Shown piece after piece: positions 26,070 through 37,243 of a stretch of 64,000 nucleotides of DNA. Position 1 is the stretch's first letter. Each line of letters opens with the position of its first letter. The notes below the pieces were generated by a model. That model was not told the origin of the DNA. It searched no databases and was given only the letters and a program-made list of their open reading frames with translations. The DNA comes from Paraspadella gotoi (lineage: Eukaryota; Animalia; Chaetognatha), in the NCBI GenBank assembly GCA_051294375.1, contig CM119270.1, positions 1,299,598 to 1,363,597 of the forward strand. Reading direction: 5' to 3'. The position numbers and the translations under genes were made by a program.

Positions 26070-29000
26070 TCGGTTGTGCAAATATGTTTAACGAATTCCT
26101 CGTTCACGGTCCGACGCACAATCAAATCACTGCATCGAAGATTTCACACACGACGCAAGACAAATTCGCGCCCAAACGTACACATCTCTGTCCTGTTCTA
26201 CAACACAATCGATCCGGACTATATTTCTTCGGCTTTCGGGTGCGCAGTGCAGCCACAGAGCAGACACGGCAGCACGAAAGCAGGACGCACAAGAGAACAG
26301 AAAGAGACAGGGAAAGAAAGAAAAAGAAATCATTGTCTATGTGCACCCTTTGTAGAAAGCATTGAATGTGTTGCACCGATTCGAGACCGAAGGGATTTTT
26401 GAATCAATTTATCATCAATTAACATCGTCATCCAATCATCCAATCATCATCATTCTCCATCATCAATATCATCCGTCGTCATACGTCCAAATATCCTGCA
26501 CAATTATTTCTCTTGTTTTTTTTGCGATTTAATTCATTTCAATCAACCCCTTGCAGGATCATGTCACGTCTCAATTTAAGTTTTAACAATTTAAAAATGA
26601 TTTTTTAAAACCAAATTTTCGTCAGAAATCGCGATTCCAATCAACACTTTACACCAACACAAACAACAACAACCACAACACAAACACAACACCACAACAC
26701 AACACAACCACATCACGACACGGACCCGCACACGACACGACACGACATCGACGTAAACATCTAACAATAGAATTCCAGATTTTCGTTTATTAATCCTTCG
26801 TTTTAACTAAGCTAAAAAAAAAGTTGGCATTGGATCCACTGAAATACATTATCGCTTTTTTTCAGTTTCTATCTTTCCCTCCTTTCTTCCCTTTTCCTAT
26901 CTCTTCCCTCTGACCTTCTTCCTCGCTCCTCTCTCTCGTCTCCCTTCGTCCTCCGTCTCTCTCTCTTCATCTCTTTGACTCCTCGTCAGTCCTACTCCAC
27001 CGCTGTCTCTCATTAACATCTCCTCTCTCTCCTTCTTCCCCCTTTTGACTCCTTTTCCCTCTGTCTCCTCCCTCTCTCTCTCCCTCTCCCTCTTTCTATT
27101 CTAACTCCCCTCCATCCACTCTCTCCCTTCTCTATCTTTCTTTAACTCTCTCTTCTTCCTCTTTCTCTCTTCCCCTCTCACTCCCGCTCGCCTTATATTC
27201 TAAGCTGGCCGCAAAAAGATGCCATCTCCTCAGATTCCGTTCTCGTCTTCTTCCTCTTCCTCTACTTCCTTCTTCTTCTTTCTCTTCTCTTCCTCTCTTC
27301 TTCGTCTCTTCTTCCTCCAACTTTTTCCTTCTTTTCCCTGACCAAACAGATCGTCAACACGTCATTCAGAACCTTTTAGACGGGAGACTCGAGACAACAA
27401 AGAGGCGCCTACAATGTTCCATCTGGCACTTACGGGACCCACGCGCGTCATCGAGTCATGCAACCGCCGAATATTCCAATCCTCTAACCATATCATCCAG
27501 TTAGAGGTACATAAGAAACCAGACAGCTTTTGCAAAGCTCCTAACAAGTTCACAGTAACCTTTTTCTTATTCTCTAAGCACTACAAATGCACCAATAGCA
27601 AAAACTGGACTTAATTAGCTTTGTGCTGTTGATTGGTCGTCTTTCTACCATCAAGTCATCTGACTAAATCACATCACAAAGTAGCACGTCAGTCCTCTAT
27701 GCATGGATGAGTGCCCTTACGTTTTCCCGAAACCCAGCCGACCCTCACTCCCTTCCAATTGGTGTCGCCCCGTCGGGTGTCCCGCCACACGACAAACAAG
27801 CGTCACCTTCCCAAGTCGAGGTGGGCGCCATCCTCCACAAATATCAAACTCTCGCCCCTCTTCCCCTTCGTAAAATCCGAGGGCGGGCAGCACCCTGGTG
27901 TCTGCATAAGAAGGAGGCGCCAAACATATGGGCGAGAGAGAATCGGATGGGGTGAAAGCCGGCAAATAAGAGGGGGAGAGAAGAGAGGAGATGAGAGAGA
28001 GAGAGGAAGAGAGCGAGAGAAGAGAAGGAAGGAGAGAGGAGACGATGAGAGTGACGGACCTTTACTCTGCAAACTTTTCCTTGTTGCTTCTGTCACCTGC
28101 CTCTCATTTAATTTCTTCCCGTCTCTAATCTCCCTCTCTCTCTCTCGGGGCGGTGTGGCTTATCTCTCTTTCCTCCTGATCATCTAGTCTCTCTCAGGCG
28201 GGGACGCCGGCACCCTCGGTGACTTGGAGGTCTCTACCAGTGGTGCGTGGTATCGAGGGGGAAAGAAAAGCAAAAAAAAACAAAGAAAATAAAGAAAAAT
28301 CAATTAAAATTGTCTAAATAATTAAAATCTAACAAATGCTATTAATAACATAGGTGATAATTATATTCCTCCAATCACCTTAGCGACTTATTTCCGGTGA
28401 TTATTTATATATTATTATTAATTATTATTATCGATTATTATTAGTATACTTTATTATTATCTTGATTGCGTCAATGAAAGTTCTAAAGTTTTAAGGGACA
28501 GTGTAAAAACCGACTATATAAGCTTAAGGGTCTACTCATCAAGCGAATTTCCAATGGTGATAGCCATTAATTTTCTCTTTGCACGGGAACATGGAAACAT
28601 TCCCTATCTTTCATTGTACCGCGGCAACCAAAAATTTATAATAATCTATGCAAAAAAAAATCTTAAGTTGCACCCTACCTCAGACATTTTATCAATCCAT
28701 TATTCTTATTTTGAATCTAGAAAGTATTTCTGTTACTAAATTCCCAATTTTTTATTTTTCTACTGTACACAGCTAACCACATTTGGTTAAGCCGTCATTG
28801 ACCACAAAGCTTTACAAGACTAATCATTTTTTATTTCTTAATATTTGACCTTAAAAGAGACAACTCCAAGATCCTAAATTGCTATTCTACAGCAAACAAA
28901 ACTGTAATAATATTAAATTAATATTCAATTCTGGACTTTAAATGTTTATTAAACATCATTCGATTCCTAATTAAACAATTAAAAATTAGCAAGGTACAGG

Positions 29001-30199
29001 ATCTTCTCTTCTTTTTATAATTTATATTACTCAAAGAGTTTTAATTTTCATCCAAATTAAACAGAACTAGCAAGACTATATCTTTTATTTCTCATGTGCT
29101 TTCGTTTTCGATAAATTGGTACGATCGCTGCAAATTCCTGTCTAAGCTTCTTAGTTTTTAAAATTCTCATTAACAAGTCCGGTCCCAGCGCGTTCAAAAG
29201 GTAATCCGCCAAAAAACGACGAAAAAATAGCGGCTTCCGAGGGATCACTTCGCTGCTAAACGATCGAAAAGTGAGCCACATAAAGATTTGAGACTACATA
29301 GTATAAATCATTATTCCGCCGGAATCGCGACCGGTAGAAAGCCGCAAATCCCGTTCCGGACAATAGAAACGAAAAACTACGGAGCTGAACAGTGGAACAC
29401 CTGGAAAAAAAAGGGATATAAGAGTGAGGAAATATATCTTATTTTACCGCGATTTTGAAAGTTCGTTATTGTGTTTTTCCTTCTTATGAGCGGCGTATAG
29501 CTGTAATTATAAGTATAAAAAAAATTTTCACTATATCTGCGAAAACAGTATCCGCCGCGGATGAAAACGGCTGGTCAACTTCCTGGTTCGTTTAGCACTT
29601 CGCTGCACGCACCGTGAGATTCGACGCTCACCGCCGAACGTGAACACTGCAAGAAAGTTGACCTGCTTCAGAGTTACGATCGATCCGGCGATCCGATCGA
29701 AGCCACCTCCGCGTACCGATCTTGCACCTTCGAGGCGACATTGCCCGCCCATTGCGAGGCCTCTGCCGCCACGTGGCATGCGACGCGACTTCCTGAAAAA
29801 CTCGAAATGTCGAGTCGCGCTGAGATATATCCCTTGCGTTAGCGCGTAGGACTTCGTTACGAAGAGGTTTACAGGTTCAGATCTATTCAATTACTAACCA
29901 AAGGGAGATAGCATATGCAGTATTGGTTTGAGTATGAGTATGATATCTCAATATCAACGAAGAACTCGCTTTCAAATTACATTTTGTACTGGAGTTACAG
30001 GACTGCCTCTCCGAGTGTCTTGAATGCATGTATAGAATCTCCTAAGCAATATATTTAACTCATTGGGAATGTATTTACTTGTCTTGACATAATATAAATT
30101 AGCAAAATATAACCAAGTGCTGTGGCTTTTCGAAACATGGAAATAACAACGTAAAAGAAAGCTCACTGCGGCCAACACACATTAACAATCTCCGTTCTG

Positions 30200-30430
30200 T
30201 TTTAGTCTTATAACTCTATAATTCACTTTGTCGTCCATCGGCGCCCCTAATCTTGTCGGGCATTCACTTATATGTCAGAACATCAAAATATGATTAATTA
30301 TGCAAAAAAAAAATCCTATCTGTCATCTGTTTTGTCGCGTCCAACGTTAGCAAAAAACAAACCAATTTATTGTGAGATTGATGATTGGAATGAAATTTTG
30401 TGTGTGGGTAGGGAAGTTGTGATTGAGCTG
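30200..30430 (+). mobile_element. Diverged copy of the HINE-like repeat at 7995 (5' hairpin deleted)
   Basis: Shares TTTTAGTC, AACTCTATAATTCAC, GGCATTCACTTATA, TGTCAGAACATCAAAATATGAT and TGAAATTTTGTGTGTGGG with 7995-8250. Confidence 0.65.
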
Positions 30431-31164
30431 GATATGATTTCGATAAGATCGTCCAAGTGGGAAATGAGTTTAAATAACATCAAAAAATATTACTATTTGA
30501 ACCAATTACTCATACTTCAAATATCATAGTGAGATGGGGCGATTGATTTGAAATTGTGTATGCGAGTAGAAACGGTGCATGATTTAAGCCTGGAAATCTC
30601 TTTTCGATGACATTTGAGTGAAATAGATTTAAATGGAAAAAAAACAAAAAACTGCTTTCACTAATTGGATATGCCTCTTTTATATATTAAAAGTAAATTG
30701 CAAGATGTATAATTAATCAAAAATTAATCATTAATCATAGTCATGAATTAATCAGCAGGGGCGGTAATCAAGCCAGTCCACTACAATCAAAACAACATTT
30801 TGATCAAATAATAAATTTACGATTGAATGAATAATTAATTATTACCGATTTACCGATTAATGTTGTGGGCAGATCCAACATTGTTTGCTCAGAAGTTGTA
30901 TAAAGTATTCTTATTTTCTTCACTACTGATACTGGTGTGCCTGGTTTAAAAAGTTTAATAATTAAATCTGTAAATCATTCTGTAAGCTGTGTAACCAGCT
31001 GACTAATGGAAGTAATCATTTTAATCTTTAAAATATATTATACTCAATCATGTAATTTAAAGGAAACTCAGGAAAAAAAATTAACAATTGATATTAAATA
31101 ACACATATTAAAACTGACAATTATTGAAGTGGAGGTAAAATCAAGTCAGCGGTATTGTAGTTAA

Positions 31165-31472
31165 GATTGCCACCAGCCTTTCGTCGTCATTGTTGGGATC
31201 AGCCACCAGGGTTTTGATGGTTTGGGCTCAACGTCTAATCTTGTAGCAGAGATTCGCCAAGAGACAAGAGTTGCACGGATCTGTCACGCCCATGTCCCTG
31301 GAGAAGGAGGTTTAAGACAAAGGTAACTTGGCAAACACTTGGTTATCATATAATATTTACTTTATTGAATGCCCCGTGCGGCCGGTGCGCTTGTGATGAA
31401 TTAAGCAGGGCGCGAAACCCCGAGTCCCTTTGGGTTGGGAGGAGCTCGTGCTACCTCGGGCGCCATTAGTGC
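31165..31472 (-). mobile_element. tRNA-derived SINE (family A) with RTE-like 3' tail
   Basis: On the minus strand: A-box-like TGGCGCCCGAGG (31465-31454), CTCCTCCCAACCCAA, B-box-like GGTTTCGCGCCC (31419-31408) and tail TGGCTGATCCCAACA...GACGAAAGGCTGGTGG. The head is homologous to the SINE at 32067. The RTE assignment is by resemblance only. Confidence 0.6.
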
Positions 31473-31945
31473 TACTGATGTCTGACTGATTAACGCGGTA
31501 TAAAATACTAACAGTATTATAATAATGAAAAATATATTGAATTATAATCAACTCATAAAATGGCAAAGAGAACTTCAAAACCGACTATCACTTATAAATT
31601 TATAAACACAACTTTCTTTCCAAATTTTACTTTTAACTATCCTTCAGCTAATTCGCATGATTTATTTACTAGTTAATTGTTAAATTTCACACCAACATTG
31701 TGTTAAACTGTTATTCTTTGTATACCACTTGCAAAATGCTTCCTTTTCGCTTTATTAATTACTTACTATTTTGTCTCTCTCCCCTCTCACTCTAACAAGT
31801 TTCACTTCTTTCAACAACTCACTCAGTCTGACCTCACCTTCAAACCTTCCTCACATCTGACTCTATCCTGTCTCACCCACTTTGTGGAAAACTTTTACTG
31901 CTATCTCTCTCTCTCTTAGCAACAAATTTATTTGCAAATTGTTAA

Positions 31946-31987
31946 ACGCTGATGAAGGCTTGAAATAACAAGCCTGAAACTGTCCGT
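31946..31987 (+). ncRNA. Minimal type-I hammerhead ribozyme motif (Penelope/retrozyme type)
   Basis: ACG-CTGATGA-AGGCTTG-AAATAA-CAAGCCT-GAAA-CTG-TC-CGT: intact core boxes, perfect 7-bp helix II, vestigial helix III, 3-bp helix I (ACG/CGT). Predicted cleavage is after C31984. Confidence 0.8.
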
Positions 31988-32026
31988 ATCTATTAAATAC
32001 AGTTCGTTGTAAAAAATTCAGAACAC

Positions 32027-32233
32027 CTTATGTGGACTAAAATCCACCAACAACCGCTTCATGCACGGCCAATTGGTGCCAGAGGCAAGTCATTATCGCC
32101 TCCCAACCCAATAGGTCCGGGGTTCTAGCCCGGTGGATCGCGCAAGCAGTTAAGAGGGACGGCCGCTTAACCCCGCCTGTAACATGGTGTTACGCTCTGA
32201 TTCCGAAGCTCAGGGACCTGCTTATATTGAACG
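32027..32233 (+). mobile_element. tRNA-derived SINE (family B) with ~40-nt hairpin-containing 5' leader
   Basis: A-box-like TGGTGCCAGAGG (32074-32085), tRNA-Gly-like TCGCCTCCCA (32096-32105) and B-box-like GGTTCTAGCCC (32121-32131). Boundaries are defined by the independent copy at 63575-63789. Confidence 0.7.
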
Positions 32234-33165
32234 GTTCTGTCACTAACACAATAAAATAATTAACTGTCCTCTCACAACTCTTGCTTCTTCTCTGCTAAAT
32301 AACTAACAATTGAAAAGGAGGATTCATTAATATCAATCCACCAGTTTGCATAGATTATGAATGTCACGAAATGTTACAATACGAGAAAAAAATCCCTCAT
32401 CTGCTCAATTAGAAAAATTATGTTTAATCCCTCTTTCATTGCATTTAAGATTTAGGAAACAAATTATTTTATGATCCGTATTAAATAAAATCGTCTTTGC
32501 CAATAAAACTTTTTTCTTAAATCTTAAACCAATTTATAAGTTAGATTCAAAATATTTCTCTAACAGTAATTTTTTAAAAATATTTTTTTTATATAAATAA
32601 AACAAATTAAAATTAAAAGTGAAAACTAGGACGGCATTTAAATTTTGATTGTTTTGCAAAGAAAACTGATAAAGATTGAATTGCGAAATATAGTATTATA
32701 ATGGTAAGAACTTATCTTGACACTGTTAGCTCAGAAGTAAGATTTAAGAACATTCCGTTAAATATGTAAAAGTTAACTGTCAGTACCAATTGGATACACT
32801 ATGTATGATTATAATTAATGATAGGTAAAAATATAATGTGTCTGGCTCATGACTGACAGATTCAGGCCACGTCGGATAGGATGACGGAAAGATCCGATCT
32901 TCCGAGCCCGGTGCTTCGCAAAGAGAACTGTCGAATCGAAAAAATCGGGATCATTTTGTGTTGAAACGTCTCGGGAGTACCTCTCAAACCCGCTGGACAA
33001 AATGCTTTTAAAGTGTTCCGAAGTTTTTATATCTCAACATATTAAATTTACCGAATCAAATTCTAAACCCGTTATTTCACAACTCATTTTTAAAAATTCA
33101 ACCATTCATCAATGTAGCACGATCGTAAGCTCAACTCACCTTCAATCCAAAATTTATTAACTGAT

Positions 33166-33330
33166 TTGCCGAGAGTGATGTAAAGGCTAACATGACCGTA
33201 GGTCGTAGAGGGGGTCTTTTCATGGAGTCGCCGAGAGCCAATTCTCAGAGACCGTGTCGCCGAAAGTGATGTCGCTGAGAGTCTTAGTCGCCGAGGATGT
33301 TGCTTGAGTTATTTCGCCACAAGTGATGTC
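33166..33330. repeat. Short dispersed GTCGCCGA(R)AGTGAT-like repeats, possibly transposon subterminal repeats
   Basis: Motif copies near 33166, 33227, 33256, 33271, 33287 and 33313. Confidence 0.55.
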
Positions 33331-35461
33331 CGCACGGCGAAAGGTGAAAAAAAATTATAGACTAAAAGATATACAGGAGATAATGTTAGCAACAGAACGA
33401 AATATAAATTGAAAAATTCCAAGTAATCTTATCTTTATGCAAATAATAAATTTGGCGATACTGGATTTGAATACGCTCGAGAGCGTTTTATGTCTATAGG
33501 CAATTACTCTGGTTCGTTATAATAATTAAATATTTTTACATTTAACTGAGAGAAATGATGTCAACATTGGGTTGATGTAATAATTTCAAATCAATCGATC
33601 ACGCGTTGAGAAAAATTCTACAAAAAATCGATCATTTTTAAAAAAATAAAAATTCTTAAAAACTCGCTAAATGGCATGTACTGTATGGTTTATGTTGTTG
33701 TTTATTTCTTATTATAATACAGGCTTTATCAATAAAGGGGTAAATTACGAAAATGAGATATTTCGAACTCATATTGAGACTTATGATATTCAATGAATAT
33801 TTCTTCTTTCGGGCAACGAAATGTACCTAAACTTTGTAGCTTTCATTAAGCTAAATCGTATTTTTATAATTTTACAAGGGAGTTTGGCAAAAACAGTAAA
33901 AGAAATAAAAATGATAATAAATTTTGGAAAAAAATGAATTAATTGCTCCAATTTCTTACTAAATTGAATTATTTTTTTTCGTCTATGTTGCTTGAAATTT
34001 AGGCTAACCCAACCAGAATCGGCAATCAATGATACGCTGTAATATTATTTGACTTATACAGTAAGTACCCGCAAAATAAAAAAATTCAAAGGAAACAGTC
34101 TAAACACCGTGTTTATTTAAGTATTTTTTAGTTAATAACCTATGGATTTTCTTTGTTCCGGCTGGCGTTGGATAGCCCAAATACTGCCGTATCAGAAATC
34201 ATCCATGGTTTTGGTATATTTACTGCGCATTGTCGCAAAAACTGGAGGCACCAAAATTATCAGAAATCCGCCTGTTCTTCCGGATTCTTTCTAAAATCGC
34301 GAGCGACCATATACTCGTCCGATGGAAAACGAAGAGAAAGAGAAATAAAAGATGGAGAAGAAGTAACATTTAAAAATCTAATAAATACTTGATTAAATAC
34401 CCATAATTATATTATATCTCATAAATATCTAATTTAAAAAATACAGCGAAGGCGGGAAGATATGTTCAAAAACAAACGAGCCCCCAAAATTCTCTCTTTC
34501 GAAACCGCGGTGTGCTCGTCGCAAGCCATGGCTTTCGGATTGGATTCGAGCAGTAGTAGTCATTAATGCTCGGTCGGTCCAATATAAAATGTAATCGAAA
34601 ACAAAAGCCCTTTGTTTTCTTAGAATTTACAAAAAAACGCTTGAATTTTTTCCGTTGCGCCTCCACCAGAACAGAAAGAAACCCTCGTCTCGCCGAAGGG
34701 AAAAATAAACAGTAAAAAATACCTATCGGCTTACGTTCGAATTAAATGGCCGAAAAAGCCAGCCTTCATTGATTGTTAAATTAAACAGAGCAAGCTTGCA
34801 AAAATATAACCAAAATTAAGATACCCGTCTTAGCCAAGACGCAATTATTCAGACATGTGTTAAGGATCAAAAAACTATCAACATAGATTAGTAGAACGAT
34901 CAAGTCTAAGATGAGAATAAAACCGGAAACAGTCCACTTTAGTCCTTTTTTCATGTCAAGATGACGACATTTTTTTCGCGCACCATCGGCAAGGGCTCCC
35001 AAGACGCCACGCTTTCGCAAATAGCCCATTTTAATACTATTTATTACGTGCAATGCCGTCGATCGAAGCGAGACAATAAAAAAAAGCGCGAATTCTCGGA
35101 AACTGAATTCCCCCTTCATCGCGAAACTCGTGATCTTTGCTACGAATATTGAAAAGAAAGTTTTAAATAAAATCGTCGATCACCTTAATCTTTGCCCAAA
35201 TGATATAGAGCAAAAAAATTAATATGGTCGAAACAGCTTCAAGTTAAGAGGGTCAAACCGTTATGTTTTCAGCTTTACCCCGTTCACTTGAGATCCCTTA
35301 AGTCCTAGTCAGATCAAGTCATTTCGGAACATAGACAAGAAAAAGAAAAGAAAGAAAAGAAAGAAAGAATCGGTTCTTCTCATTCGTTGAAAGAGACGAA
35401 TGGAAAAAGAATTCGGACGACGGACCACCCAGCGTCTCGCTCTCTCTCTCTTCTCGTCTCT

Positions 35462-35501
<40 letters not shown>

Positions 35502-35848
35502 CTCCTTTCAAAAAGTGACTCTCTTACTTTAGCGCCATTCTTTTTTAATGATTTTTTTTACTTCCTTTAAAACGAAACCAATCTATGTTTATAGGATTTT
35601 GAAAGTGATTTCACGGTAATTCCCTTCTCCTCTTCTCCTCTCTCTCCTCTCGGGACCTCTCTCTCTCTCCCCCTCTCTCTCTTCTCTCCTCCTTCTCCTT
35701 CTCTCTCTCTCTCTCTCTCTTTCTCTCTATTCTCCCTCGGTCTCTTCTTCCCTCTTCTATATCTCTCTCTTCATTCTCTCTCTCCTCTCTCTCTCGTCTT
35801 CTCTCTCTCTCTCTCTCCTCTCTCTCTCGTCTCTATATCTTCCTCCTA

Positions 35849-35879
<31 letters not shown>

Positions 35880-36956
35880 TCCACGGCGAAGGTGANNNNN
35901 NNNNNNNNNNNNNNNNNNNNTCTAAGAATCAGATTGAATTCTAAGAAATCATGAAGACCTGTGACATCTGGAGATGACGACGATGACGAAGACGACGAGT
36001 AAGATGAGGATGATGACGACGACAACGATGACGACGACTAAGACGACGACGATGATGACGACGACGATGATGACGACGACAGCGACAATAACTATTAACT
36101 AGGACCATGACTCATGACAACGAGAAACTCACACCAACGAAAAAAAACTTGATTCGATTTATGATTTCTTTATATTCAGAAACATCGAGCTGCCGTGTGC
36201 CGGACCTCCCTTCGACCTACTTCCTCCTCTTTCTCCTGCTTCCTCCTCCTTCTCCTCTTCCTCCTTTTTCTTTGTCCTCCTCTTCTCTCTCATCTCTCTC
36301 TCTCTCTCTCTCTCATCCTCTCTNNNNNNNNNNNNNNNNNNNNNNNNNNNNNNNNNNNNNNNNNNNNNNNNNNNNNNNNNNNNNNNNNNNNNNNNNNNNN
36401 NNNNNNNNNNNNNNNNNNNNNNNNNNNNNNNNNNNNNNNNNNNNNNNNNNNNNNNNNNNNNNNNNNNNNNNNNNNNNNNNNNNNNNNATGTAGGAAATTT
36501 ATTAGTATAAAAGGGAAAAATTAACAAATTAGGAAAACGTAAAGGAAAGATGGAAAGAGGTAAAAAAATGTTGGTTGGAAAAGTTTAGTGAATTTAAAAA
36601 CAATGAAAAAAAAGATTATAAAGTAAAAAAAAAATGAAAATAAAAAAAATTAAATCAGTAAATAATTATTAAAATTACCAAAGGACAATTATTTCAAAAA
36701 AGAAAAAAACATACAATTGTTATAATGATGGAGGCCTTAAACCACCAAAGCCTGTCCAAAGTCAGGGGCAAGATAGCTTATTTATTTAATGAATGAATAA
36801 TGTTAATATTGTTTGTGCCAATTTCATTTTATAGGACATTGTCAGTTTAGTTCCTTTCTTAAGAGACAGGACAAAGAAAAACCTAATGGAAATAATGAAG
36901 TCTCACCTTTTTATGTGCAAACGATAAAAAAGTAAAAATATCACCTGGGATTGAAT

Positions 36957-36989
<33 letters not shown>

Positions 36990-37206
36990 NNNNNNNNNNN
37001 NNNNNNNNNNNNNNNNNNNNNNNNNNNNNNNNNNNNNNNNNNNNNNNNNNNNNNNNNNNNNNNNNNNNNNNNNNNNNNNNNNNNNNNNNNNNNNNNNNNN
37101 NNNNNNNNNNNNNNNNNNNNNNNNNNNNNNNNNNNNNNNNNNNNNNNNNNNNNNNNNNNNNNNNNNNNNNNNNNNNNNNNNNNNNNNNNNNNNNNNNNNN
37201 NNNNNN

Positions 37207-37243
<37 letters not shown>

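Larger units (their letters stand above)
29040..35370 (+). repeat. Copy 1 of an indel-free ~6.3-kb direct duplication
   Basis: Identical ORF translations recur at a constant +10,612 offset (29057 to 39669, 34781 to 45393). Confidence 0.97.

Noticed and set aside
27360-27860. Complex coding-like segment (inverted copy at ~46900-47430)
   Set aside because: Both copies are error-rich and disagree in frame, and no motif is recognisable.
31240-31310. Minus-strand GGCGAAT suggesting an HDV-like ribozyme J4/2
   Set aside because: No P3/L3 (UYCNCGY) or P1 helix in the required order.
31393-31427. GTGATGA...GAAAC...GTC hammerhead-like string
   Set aside because: C3 is replaced by G and there is no helix II. 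It is better explained as the antisense of the SINE A B-box.
32067-32136. Functional tRNA-Gly gene
   Set aside because: The acceptor and anticodon stems do not pair, and the sequence continues into a shared repeat body, so it is a SINE head.
34466-34666. Kringle-like peptide NDYYCSNPIRKPW on the minus strand
   Set aside because: Lacks the remaining conserved Cys/Trp pattern; a chance resemblance cannot be excluded.
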